In this document: piece by piece, positions 45,601 to 57,921 of the stretch
How the letters are laid out: every line of letters starts with the position of its first letter
Position numbering within the stretch: position 1 is the stretch's first letter
The notes under the pieces: generated by a model
Databases searched by the model: none
What the model was told of the DNA's origin: nothing
The model's input: the letters and a program-made list of their open reading frames with translations, nothing else
Source: Anthoceros angustus
Lineage: Eukaryota > Plantae > Anthocerotophyta
NCBI GenBank assembly: GCA_010909165.1
Contig: MU008155.1
Span: 682,001 to 746,000 of the forward strand
DNA length: 64,000 bases
Direction of reading: 5' to 3'
Program-made: the position numbers and the translations under genes

Positions 45601-48038
45601 TAACGGAGGCAGGGTGTGCGAGACGCTCCTAGGAATGGTCGAGAGCTTGCTCCGCGGCCGGAGGAGGAAGGGCGATCGGGCGTCTTGCTGACAAAGGGGA
45701 AGGGAACTAAGGGATTGGCGCGGGGCGGGTCTGGAGCGTGCTCGTAACGCCGCCGTGACGCCTGGCCTCCTCCACATGTGGAAGCAGTTAGGGAGGTGAA
45801 ATGGAAGGCGGAGGAGCCCAAGGAGGAAATCGAGGAAAAATCGGATGTGGGGAGTGGCGTGCAGCGAGGAAGAGAAGGAAATTTCTACCGCAAAAGAGGA
45901 AGACCGGGGTGGAAGGCGGCCTCGGCAAAAGGTGAAGGCGGACGCGTCACCGGTCAGCAGGCGCCCTCTGAAATGAAGGCCAAAGCAGATTGAGGTTTGA
46001 CGAAGGGAGCGCAAGCAAGCGGAGGAAGACAAGCGGGTCCTAGAAATAAGGGCCAAGATTCAGAAGATTTGCGAGGCCGAGAAGTTGCGAGCCATGGCGA
46101 GCGGCGAGGAAGCGCTCATGGCTCAAATTAAGGATGCCCACGAGACGAACCACGAGATGCGGGGGTGTTGCAGCCCGGATCGAGGCGGCCTCAGTGGAGA
46201 AATATAGCTATAGCAGGAGGCGGGATGGCCGAGCGAGAAAGGACAAAGGAAGGAAGGCGAGGTGGCAGGACCCACGGCCAGGGGTAGTGGAAGGAACTAC
46301 GAGCGAAAGGAAGCGACAACGAGGTGGCGAAACACCTACGGGTTCTTTGAGCGGCGATCGTGGAGTCCACTACCGCGGTAGTGGAAGCTGCTACCGACAT
46401 TGGCGCGCCCAACTCTGAAGCGGTCATGAGCGGAGCAACAGGACGCGACGCGGCACCCCGCAAGGACATGGACCAGGCAACCAGGTGTAGCCTACGGGAG
46501 GAGGGGGTAAGCACCTCAGCTACAGCAGGAGGTCCTATTGTTGCGGCACATGGATGAGGAAACTTATGTTCCTGGTCTATATGTGAATGGGGAGCAGCGT
46601 GCTTCTCACTACATGTCCATGTGCGTGTGGAAATAGGAGGGATCGGGGCCTACCTCACAAGTGAGGACTCGGTGCATACTTCTACCGCTGCGCCGTGTGG
46701 GGTTGGCCCCTATGTCTGAGGCGACTTTGGAGGTTAAGTGAGGAGGAGGTCCGAGCTTGGGTGGACGAGGAACCGTAATAATCCTCGGCAATAGGCGGCA
46801 AGCGGAAGCGAAGCCAGGCGGTACACCTCAAATTAGGACGTCCAGTGTGGTGAGGTGGAAGTATTGTGGGAAAACATCGGCAGGTGGCGGAGCTCGTGGC
46901 GGCAGCAATGGAGGGCAGGCCAAGTCGAGGTGAGATAGCGTGGCGGTGGTAGCAACCTAAAGATAATTTGGTTAGGATCTTGCACTGGACCTAGGCGCTC
47001 AAATTGTGGCGCGTCCTTCGATAGCCATCTTAGGACCTAAAATCCGGGGCATGGCGCCCGGCCGATGTATAAGAGGGGCGGATTATGCCCTCCACGAGAT
47101 AATTCTGGTTGAGATCCCCACTGTGGCTGGTTGGAGCGTCCATTGCGGAGGCGGTGGGGTGGCTCCTAGGAATGGTCGAGAGCTTGCTCCTGGAGGAGGA
47201 GGAAGGCAATCTTCTTGGCGACAAAGGAGGAAACCAAGGGATTGGCGCGGGGCGGTGGAGCTTGCTCGTGCTTTTCTTGTGGCACAGGCTCTTTCCTTCC
47301 CCCTTGTCCTGTTGGTTGTGTTCCGAATCGAGGGTCTGTGTGTGAGTGAGTGGATGCCTGAAGGGCGAATCGAGAGAGAGGGAGAGAAGGAGTGAGAGCA
47401 GATCGGGGAAGGAGAGATTAAGTACTGTACGCGATGCGAGGTGCGTGGAGAGGTCATGGTCGAAATTGTTGTGTAAGGATCGCGAATTGAGCCGGTGCTG
47501 TCTGAAGGAAGTGCGCACGGGAAACGTTGTTTCCTGGAGGAAATAAGGTGGTGTGGCGCCGTCGTGTGTGTGTGCATGTGTGTGGATTGAAGGTAGAGAG
47601 GCCTAGGAATCCCCAGTGTCAGGAATCGGGCTGGCATAGTGTCTGGGGGTAGAATATCACCCAGACTACGGGTGGAGACAACCCCGTATCGGAAAATCCG
47701 CGGCGCCGAATCAGTCGCTAGGGTTTGGTGTGGGACCCACCTCGGTGTTCGTTCCACTACCCGGTAGTGGTGCGGGCTACCGCGGTAGTAGAACGGGAGA
47801 CGAGGTCGGGGAGTTAGATCCGTGGTAGTTGGACAAGACGGGAGGTAGTAGTAGTTGAGTAGATAGGTGTGAGGTGGTAGCATGTAAGACCTGACTTAGC
47901 TAGGCGAAGGTCGGTAGTGATAGAAGATAGCGCCTCTTGGCACAAAACATTCCCTTGGGAGCGAATCCTGTGACTACAACGATAATGAGGGTGAATGTGG
48001 ACCTCACCGTGTCTCAGGACACGAGATTCCACTCCACA
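42692..48038 (+). mobile_element. 3' half of an Athila/Tat-like Ty3/gypsy LTR retrotransposon (decayed extra ORF plus 3' LTR ~47581-48038), with an internal ~1.8-kb-offset duplication
   Basis: Homologous to 54167-57921 and, inverted, to 59990-63560. Homology with the inverted copy stops at TTCCACTCCACA (48038), an LTR-type CA end. Confidence 0.65.
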
Positions 48039-49162
48039 GATGAAGGAGATATGCGTGGAATACATAGTCCGTCAGAGTGCCAACCCATCCGTCCGATGGA
48101 GGGGAATAAGGTCCATTACCCAAAAACATACAAGAGGTGTTTGTGGAATGAAACAAACCATCTGTATTATGGGTTTGTGTTGAACGCACGGAAACATGTG
48201 TATACGGTGGACAAAAAAGTGATAAGGGATAAGTTTCATGAGTTGCGCGCTTCATACCGCGAGTCAAAGTGTCATCAAGATAGTGATGACAATGCTGGAG
48301 AAGCTGGACCAAGTGATGACGAAGGATTGAACTCTGGTGATGAGTGAAGCTGAAATCACGGTTTGTCCCGGGGTCCCAGAGTGAATGTTGAACGTCTGGT
48401 TCCAAATGTTACTGTGTTTTGGAGATACCCTGTCCGTGGCTTTTGTTATGTCCTTAATAAACCACATTTTCCTCCCAAAACTGAATTTACGGTCGTCCCT
48501 TCCCGGCAGGAATGGCCTTCCTTACCGTTCCTACTTTGCATTAATCCCATAGGTTCGAGTTTGCAACCACCATTCGACAGAAACATTGCTGGATGGAAAG
48601 TAGGAACTTTAGTGGGTGACACCCTTCTTTTCGAAGATGTTTTCCGGAATGCCTTAAAAACGCTGTTTCAGGGCCCATCAAAAACTCCCTTCAGAGATTA
48701 TTTACGGAAAACCTCCTTCGAGATTATTCACCCCCTTCAAAAATTATGATGTTTGTTATGAATTCAATCGAATCATAGATCATACATCAAGTGATACATG
48801 TACGTTCATACAACCAGCAACCTTAAGAGGGTAGGGCAGCCCTGGAAGACTTTAGAAGTAATTCAATTTGTAAAAAAATCATCATATATCTAGGATTTGA
48901 TGAACAGTTAATAATTGCACTAACTACATGGTGAACTACCGTAATTGAGTTAATTATTGGATAAACATCAGAATAACCTTATCTATTTTTACTCCTACTT
49001 AGTTTGCATGTAGTCTATATAATAACAATTCTAAAAAGAGCATTCAAACTCCGCAGTACTTGATTACTGGAAAGGATGTAATGGCACATGCTTGAAACAA
49101 CTTGAAATGAGTGCGCCCAAAATACATGCTATGCATGAGACTCCCTTCTCCGCCTCACGCAA

Positions 49163-50283
49163 CCCTACTAGAAAAGGGCAGCCATGTTACACTTTTTGTT
49201 AAGATTTGAACCCCCTTGTTGCAATTATGTTAAAATCTTGGGGTCTTGTTACACTTTTGGGGCCCCTTGTTACACTCAGGGTTGGAAACCAACCCTCCAT
49301 CTTGTTGCTTGTTATGTTTTGTTGCGTTTTGTCATAGTTGCAGTGAGAGGTGGTATCTATCCCCTCTCTAAATTTCAACATAATTGCAACAACCAAAGTG
49401 TTACATCCTCTCTTATTACAGTTTTGCAGGCTTGGTACCGATCCTCCTCCCCATGTAGGTTTACCATTGTTGCTTTTACTCCGGTATTTTTCCCGTGCCA
49501 TTATTGTAATACGTGTACCATATTATATGTATATAATACGCTTTTGCTTTCAGATACGTATTTTCCGATGTCATTATTGTAATACCTATACGCAGCCTTT
49601 TCAAATATAGTATACGTACATACGGTGACGTATTTGTGCACTCATTTTTGCAATACGCTGCCGCATGCATATCATACGCGCATTTGTTTGCACTGTATTC
49701 GATGGAGTGCCTTATACGTCACTTGAATTTCGTGCCCTTGTATGCGTCACCTGTATAACGTTCTTGTATTGGAAACCCTTACAGTCCACAAAAACAACAA
49801 AGGAAGTTGTTTCGTGCACCCTACACATGCCGGTTCTTTGCCGCATCCACATCCGCGATGGACCTTGCTCCCTCCTCGTGCGGGAGGAATGAACTGGCAT
49901 CCACATCCGGTAATGCCTGCTCGGACCCTTCAGCATGTTAAGGGCTTGGATAGATGCGCAGCACCCACAAAAGCGAAAAGGAAACCCCTCTATAGGGTCT
50001 CACAACCGGACGAACATACCAGGCATTCTCACCTCATTAGCTGAATAAGTAGACCGTAAAGTGGTCACGCATCAACCTCGGATGGGGTCTTCTTCTCTCC
50101 CGGATATCGAAGGTGCACAAGGTATTCCAGGTCTTTAGTGCATCGCTACAAAATTTCCATTACAATTTGAAGCTTTAAGTTGATGGAACATCCGGAGTAG
50201 ACAAATGACTACGTGTTGACGAGTGCACCTTTATAAGACTAAAGGGGTACTAACGGCTAAGTATTCAACAGCTGCATCTAATC
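49163..50283 (+). mobile_element. Terminal ~1.1 kb of a CACTA-like DNA transposon starting CCCTACTAGAAAAGGG (copy 1)
   Basis: Homology to 52206-53302 starts abruptly at this motif, followed by subterminal TGTTACAC repeats. No opposite terminus was found. Confidence 0.5.
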
Positions 50284-52099
50284 TTACCTATTCTCACTGG
50301 GCGGAGGAAGGTGTCCTTCACTGCCGTGAATCGCCGTAGGTGCATGGCCTACTCCCGCCACGCCCGCTTACGCCCCTTACTGCCAGCATTTAAGCCTACG
50401 CCAACTGCACTGGAGCGTGAATGCCGCTTACGCCATCGGGCAATCCTGCCGGTCAGCATGCCCGCCCACCACTCAAGCATCCCACGCGGGTCATTGCTAA
50501 ATCACGCTCCAACTAAGTTACTTTACTTGGCATTTATCCCTCGCCACGTGTGGCCCGACTTATCCCACGGTGCGTTGTCCGTCCTCCTCCCGAGTGTGCT
50601 TCAAGTCCTTCCACCTACTCGGGGTCCTTCGGTGCCCCGAGTAGTTCGGCTTATTTCTTCTTTTCCGCCTTATTTTGCACTCCCTACCTACGAAAAAAAA
50701 CAAAACCTAACTCATTCCCTACCCCCGGGGAGGATCCGTGGTCCACAGCGATGTCGCAATCTTCCGATGGAAAAATGGGAACATCTTTGGCTGTCGCATC
50801 AGAGAATAGCTGGCGCTGTCTCAAGGCCTCTTCTTTGCCTGCGAGACCCACGTCCTGACCACTTCCATGTTCCGGAATAGTGTCCAAAAGATTAGGCCTT
50901 GGAGAGATGACCTTTCGTCATTCTCTAATGGAGTCGTATCCATGACCATTACCTGTTTTGGAATAAAAGCATCAGGAGTAGTTTATGACAAACTTGTGCG
51001 CGATGTCACTATTTTCGGCGGGCGATTTCAAATCGCTCACTGGGTCTCATTCCGCATAATCGAATGCCATGCCGCTTTCTCCTCGATTCTACCATATTTG
51101 TCGGAGGGCCCTGGCCTGCATTGCAATATGCTGGATCAAGGTATCGACAAGGTGTGAGACGAGAATGTGAAAGAGGATAGTGGCCTCGTGTCCCGAGCGT
51201 TCAAATTAGGGACTTGATGGTTGGACATGATGGCGGAGATAACCGCAGCGGCAACCGGCGATGCTTTGTAAACCCTAGGTTAAAAAACTCAGGGTTAGTG
51301 CTTGTCAATTAACCATGGTTCCATCCTAACCGAGGTCAGCCCATCCACTAAAACGGTAAGTGCCCATTTTTAGGGTTAGTGCCACAGGTTTTGGGCAGTC
51401 ATAATTTGATGTTCCTCAATTTTGCGATTTTGGTGTGCAAGGCCATGGGTGGAGGCGCGGAGGTGAAGGCGGTCGCGTTTCATGAGTTCAATTTGTTCTA
51501 ACATGCTCTTGGGAATTTTGTCCTGTAGAGGCAGCGTGCTTGAAGAAGCCCATGTGGACGCGCTTGAGGATGCGCCCACATGGGCTTTGTCATGCCGTGT
51601 GATACTAATCTATGCACTTGGGTTTAGCGTTTGATTAGCATTAATTAATCTAATTACTTATCTTTAAGAAAGTAATTAGTGTTAATTAATCTAAGGTGCT
51701 TATGTTAATTAAGCATTGATAAGTGTTAATGGGTGCATGTCCACTTTGGTGTACCACGTTATGTATTAAAAAAACAAGTGACCCAAGCGGCACAGTGACA
51801 CAATTGGCCATAATTTGAGTGTTATTTGAAAATAGTCAAATGGCTAAGTATATATGTCAAATACATTTCGACTGTGGTTAAATGCCGTGATAAGCTTGTT
51901 GGCGCCGCCATCATCTTCACGTCCCTCCGATAGTCCATCTCCTCCTCCGACCATGAGATTTTGGGGAAAGGATAGGCTTCGTCTGTATCCTCCCGTTCGT
52001 CGTCCACACTATCCTCGCGGAGGTGTACCCTTCAGTGGTGCTTACGGTTTCCCCACAGTACGTGTCCTTGCTCTAGGTGATCGCCACCCGTCCTTCCCT

Positions 52100-52205
52100 T
52101 ACCTTCGGATCCCAGTCCACTGGTTTAAAGTGGATCTCCTTCCTGCTGAAGTGTAGCTTCGTTTGGGCGATCCGAGCCAGGGATGTCCCAACAGCACCTC
52201 ATACC
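52100..52205 (-). mobile_element. Ty3/gypsy aspartic protease C-terminal fragment interrupted by the CCCTA element
   Basis: GYEVLLGHPWL matches the retropepsin 'Y.LLLGRPWL' motif and abuts 52206. Confidence 0.5.
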
Positions 52206-53302
52206 CCCTACTAGAAAAGGGCAGCCATGTTACACTTTTTGTTAAGATTTGGACCCCCCCTTCTTGCAATTATGGTAAAATCTTGAGGTCTTGTTACACT
52301 TTTGGGGCCCCTTGTTACACTAAGGGTTGGAAACCAACCCTCCATCTTATTCTGATATACTGTCAGAGTGTTATTCTGATCGTGCAATCTTGTTTTTTAG
52401 TGTAGTGAGAGTGGTATATGTCCCCACTCTAAATTTCAACATAATTGTAACAACCAAAGTGTTACATCCTCTCTTGTTACAGTTTTGCAGGCTTGGTACC
52501 GATCCTCCTCCCCATGTAGGTTTACCATTGTTGCTTTACTCCGGTATTTTCCATTGCCAATGTCGTGTACCATATTATATGTATATAATATGCCTTTGCT
52601 TTCGACACGTATTTTCCGATGTCATTATTGTAATACCTATATGCGGCTTTTTCAAATATAGTATACGTACATATGGTGACTTATTTGTGCACTCATTTTG
52701 AAATCTGTTTGCATGCATATTATCTGTGATTGTTTGCAGTATTCGATACCTTATATGTCACTCGAACTTCGTGCCCTTGTATGCGTCACCTGTATAACGT
52801 TCTTGTATTGGAAACCCTTATCCACAAAAACAACAAAGTTGTTTCGTGCACCCTATACATGCCGGTTCTTTGCATCCACATCTGCGATGGCAGCTCCCTC
52901 CTCGTGTGGGAGGAATGAACCGCATCCACATCCCGGTAATGCAGCTCGGACCCTTGACATGTTAAGGACACGATAGGTGCAGCTTGCACCACAAAAAAGC
53001 GAGAAAGGAAACCCGCCCTAGGGTCTAAACGAACGAACATACGGTGGCATTCTCACCTCAATAGCGAATAAGTAGACCGTAAAGTGGTCACGTCTTGCTG
53101 AACCTCGGATGGGGTCTTCTTCCTTCTCCACGGATGTCAAAGGTGCACAAGGCATTCCGGTCTTTAGTGCACGGCTACAATTTCCATTACAATTTGAAGC
53201 TTTAAGTTGATGGAACATCCGGAGTAGACAGTGACTACGGGCGAGAGTGCACCTTATAAGACTAGGGGTACTAAGCTAGGTATTCAACAGCTGCATCTAA
53301 TC
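52206..53302 (+). mobile_element. CACTA-like terminus, copy 2 (may extend further right)
   Basis: Colinear repeat of 49163-50283. Confidence 0.5.
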
Positions 53303-54166
53303 CACTTCCCTTTGTAGAAATGCTTCCTCGTCTCGGCAAATCTTGCTAGCCCCTCACTGTCCTTGGTGTGTAGCGTCTGAGCATAACATGCCTCCTCCAT
53401 GACCAAGCCGGAAGATTTTTCTACCTCTATTTCACGGTCTATGGCAACCTTTGCCATTTTAATTCAATGGGCCCCAGCACGGTTGATTCAATTGTAGGTT
53501 CCAAGTAGTGGTTGATCAAGAACCCGAAACACGCACTACCTGCATGATCTCTCGAGCAATTTCAAGGGCCTTCGTAAGCACCTCCGAATCCACGGCATGG
53601 TTTACGAGTTCGTCCGATATAAAAGAATTAGCGAGTACGTCTCACGCCGAGCATAGTTGTACTGAAGGATCACCACCTGCTCACAGCATATAGTGCATCG
53701 ATTACGCGGGGTGAAGATAAGCTCTTGGCACGTGCTCTTCCAATCGGTCTTGGGAGCCTCGAGTTCACGCCTTGTAATGAACAACATCTTGCATGAGATT
53801 ATAGGATGCGAGCTGGGCTGCATCAGGTTGAAAAGGAAGCTCTGTTGTAGCCAGGAAGAATAGCTAGGCTTGTCTCAAAAACCCAAGGATAGCATCCAAT
53901 ACAGCAAAGATGAGGCTAGCAAAGTGAGTGACTATACTGCCATCATAGGTGTATGAAACTTTGGCCATGTCAATGCAAGCTTTGTGCACATAATCACTAT
54001 AGATTCTGAGTCACATGATAGAGCCAACTCAAGCCCCCACCAAGGCGGATCCTTCAATCCACGGCAATGGATGGGATCTACTGCTCCCTCCCTTGGGAGG
54101 TGTGAATTTGGGGTTGTGGTGCGCATTTCTCTGCTCTTGGCCTCGTTTGAGCACTGCTTATAAGCA

Positions 54167-57100
54167 GATCCTGGACTTGGAAACCCTGTTGGGATGTGCA
54201 CGGAAGTGTTTTTTTTTGTTTTTTGGGTGTGGTGTGAAAATAAGTCGGGTTGGATGGCGAGGTATTTATAGAAGAAATGTCCTTGGCCTATGGTTCTTTT
54301 CTTGTTTTGATTTTTAGGTTAGAAAATAAATGGTCGGGAACTTGGTGTTCCTTGGCCCATGGACTTGGATGTCCTAAAAGTCTATATATGTGAGTAGGGG
54401 TTGGAATAATTAGAGTGTGATAGGTCTATAAGTTTGGGGTCGACCGAAGCGGTAGCGAATGAGTGTGGGGTTGTGGATTGGGATGTGGAAGCGGTCGTGA
54501 GGTCGAGCAGGAGTAGGGAACACAGGAAACTTAACCCTAGGAAATAGTCCGTTCAGCGGAGGAGGCGCAGCGCGGGGCGAGCCAGCGGCTGGGAGCGCAG
54601 TCGAGCGGCGGCGACTGCGATCTGCGGGGAGGGCAGGCGCACACGGAAGGAGCTCGAACCCCACATGGCATCGCGGCCTGGAGGAGGAAGGCGCGGCAGA
54701 CGGCGCTCCTTGGCGGAGGTAGGAACCACAGGTGACCCCAGAAATTCGCAGCGGTGGCGTTGATTTGAGGCGGAGGCTTGAGAGGATGGCGCCCAAGGTC
54801 CATGAAATTGTGCTTGCCCAATGGCCAAACATGGATCATTGGAAAGTTCGAAGCTGGTGAAGGAGCTGAAGCTGGGTTTCATGGAAGAGCGGTGGAATTA
54901 CATGAACACTGGATGTGTGCGCACACGAAGGACAACACCCGGGGGATTTAGAGCGGCGCGATTGGGACACAGGTGGTTAGGAGGGTGTATGGGCGCGAAG
55001 GAGGAGGCGGGCGGTTTGGTGATGGAGCCGTCCGGAAAAAAGCACGGCAGCGGCAGCCCTCGGTTAAGCGGGCGTGGTCGAACAGGTGGTTGACGAGGGA
55101 TTTAGCAGCGCTTGATGGGTGCAGCGGTGGCTCCTATGTTTCCTGCACAAGAGCGATTATTTGTCGACCACTTGCTGCTGTTCCTTCATGAAGTGGTCAA
55201 GGCGAAAATCGATTGGGCTTCTCTTGACAAGTTGTGTGAAGAGGTTGAACCTGATTTCTTCTACCCCTCGGCCCTCTCTAATCTCACCATTTCTGGTCCA
55301 TCTTTATGTTTACGCTAACTGCCTGCCAGAGGTGGAAATTGTGGCCTCCCTCCACATGTGGAAGCCGGTTAGGGAGGTGAAGTGGAAGGCGGAGGAGCCC
55401 AAGGAGGAAAAATCGGATAGCTGGGAGTCGGTGGCGACAGGCAGTTCGGAGGAAGAGAAGGCCACCAGCAAAGAAGACCGGGGTGAAAGGCGGGCATCGG
55501 AAAAGGTGAAGGCGGACGTCCTCAGGTCAGCAGGCGCTACGGAAAATGAGCCAAGCGGTGGAGGTGGCGGAAGAGGCGCGATCCGAGGACAATTTCGACA
55601 CGGATGCGGATGATGAATCAACTCCGGAGGGTTTAGGGCGACCTCGAGCGGACCCCCTCGGCATGGGAAGAGATTTTCAAGGGACTCCACCAGCAGCGGT
55701 GGATGCAGCGATTGGTGGTGCGTGCACCTGAGGAGAAAGTTCTCGGAGGGATGGCGTCGCGGCGGGCCGCCACAACAAGTGGACTTGCGGAGCTGACCGT
55801 CGATGATCCGGGCCCAAGCGGTTGTTGGATCAGCGGCTTTAGCTCTCACGGCTCGATGTGCGGAGGAGGAGTGGTGAAGGCGGGTTTGTGAAGGGAGGCC
55901 AAGCGCAAGCTGGAGGAAGAAAGCGGAACCTAGAAATAAGGGCCAAGATTCAAGAAGATTTGTGCGGGGCCGGAGAAGTTGCAAGCCATGGCGAGGGGAA
56001 GCACTCATGGCTCAAATTAAGGATGCCAGGCGAACCGAGAGATGCGGGGAGTTGTTGCGAGGAGGCGAGGCGGCCTCGGTGGAAAAGGCCCATAAGCTAG
56101 CGGGCGGTATAAGCAGGGCGGGATGAGGCACGTGGCGGGCGAGAAAAGACAAAGGAAGAGGCGGTGGCGGGACCACGGCGGTAGTAGCGGAAGGAACTAC
56201 CGGCGAAGCGGAACAAGGTGGCGAAACCTCACCTAGGTTCTTTGAGCGAGCAGCAGTCGTGGAGTCCACTACAGCGGTGGTCGCTACGACATTGGCGCAT
56301 CAACCGGAAGGCGGCGGGCGGCAGTGCGGCGTGGCGCCTCGCGAGACATGGGCCGAGCAACGGTGTAGCCTACGGGAGGAGGGTAAGCACCTCGGTGCGG
56401 CGGGGGTCCTATTATATTCGGCACATGGATGAGGAAACTTATGTTCTGGTCTATATGTGAATGGAGGCAGCGTGCTTAACCTTCACATCCATGTGCGTGT
56501 GGAAATAGGAGGGATCGGGGCCTACCTCAAGTGAGGACCCAGTGCATACTTCTACCGCTGCGGGTGTGGGGTTGGCTCCCTATTGTCGGAGGCGACTTTG
56601 GAGGAGTTGAGCGAGGAGGAGGTCGAGCTTGGGTGGGCGAGGCAGTAATAATCCTCGGCAATAGGCGGCGGAAGATCACGGAAGCTCAGGCGGTACACCT
56701 CAAATTGAGCGTCCAGCGGTGGCGGTGAGGTGGAAGTAGTGTGGGAGAACTGTCCGACCAGCGGGCGTGGCGAGAGCTCGTGGCGGCGGCAATGGAGGAT
56801 GTAGGGCGGGCGGCCAAGTCGAGGTAGGCCTTGAGATAAGCGTGGCGGGAGGTGATAGCATCCTAAAGATAATTTGGTTAGGGTCTTGCCTGGACCTAGG
56901 ATCGCTCCGGTGTGGGCGCGTCCCTTCGTGATAGCCATCTTAGGACCTAAAATCCGGGCATGGTGCCCGGCCGATGTATAAGAGGGCGAATTATGTCCCT
57001 CGAGATAACTCTGGTTGAGATCCCCACGTTGCACATGGCTGGTTGGAGAGCGTCAGGATTAGCGGAGGTGGTGTCGCGAGGCGCTCCTAGGGGTGGTCGA

Positions 57101-57921
57101 GAGCTTGCTCCATGGCGGGGGAGGGTGATGGAGCAATTTCTTGACAAGGAGGAGGAAACCAAGGGATTGGCGGCGGAGAGCTTGCTCGTGCGCTTTCTTG
57201 TGCGCCTTCTTTCTTCCTTCACCTTTGATCACGAGTTGTGTTCGAAATCGAGAGAGTGTTGAGTGGATGGTTGGAAGCTGGGGGCGAATTGAGAGAGGAG
57301 AGAGAGATCGGGTGAAGGAGAGATCAAATCTTGTCTGTGATGCGAGGTGTGAGATCGTAAGTGGGAAGAGAAGGTGGAATTGGGCGTTAACGGTGGAGAG
57401 TGTGTGTGTTTGAGAAACTCGAGCCGGTGCTTGCGATGGAAAGTGCACAAGGAAACAACGTCTGGTAAGCGTGTGGGGTGGCGCCCTTTACGTGTGTGTG
57501 TGTGTGTGTGTGTGAGGCGGCGTGTGAGGTATCCTAGGAACTTTGGTCTCTAGGAAGCAGATGAAGTGTGGAGTCAGAATAACACACGATGCATGGCGTG
57601 CCGCCGTGTCGAGGATCCATGGCGCCGCGCCGAGATGAGTTGCTAGGGTTTGGTGTGGGACCCACCTCGGTGGTTGTAGCCTACCGTGGAGTGGCTCGGA
57701 GCAGGGTCGTGGAGCAGATTTGCGGTCGGGAAGTTAGGTCCGTGGTAGTTGGATAAGGCGAGGTGAGTAGTTGAGTAGATAGGTGTAAGGTAATGGCGGT
57801 CCGTCGAGCTTAGGCAAAGGTTGGTAGTGATAGAAGATAGCGTCTTTTGGCACAAACCATTCCCTTGGGAGGCGAATCCGGGACTACTAGCGACATTGAG
57901 GGTAAATGTGGACCTCACGGT
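54167..57921 (+). mobile_element. Another copy of the gypsy 3' half (extra ORF plus partial LTR)
   Basis: Colinear with 42692-48010. Peptides LVKELKLGFMEERWNYMN, KIDWASL and LISPFLVHLYVYAN are present. Confidence 0.65.
57492..57514. repeat. (GT)n microsatellite
   Basis: Directly visible. Confidence 0.85.

Noticed and set aside
51268-51380. Telomere-like words (AAACCCTA, TTTAGGGTTAG)
   Set aside because: Isolated units, not an array.
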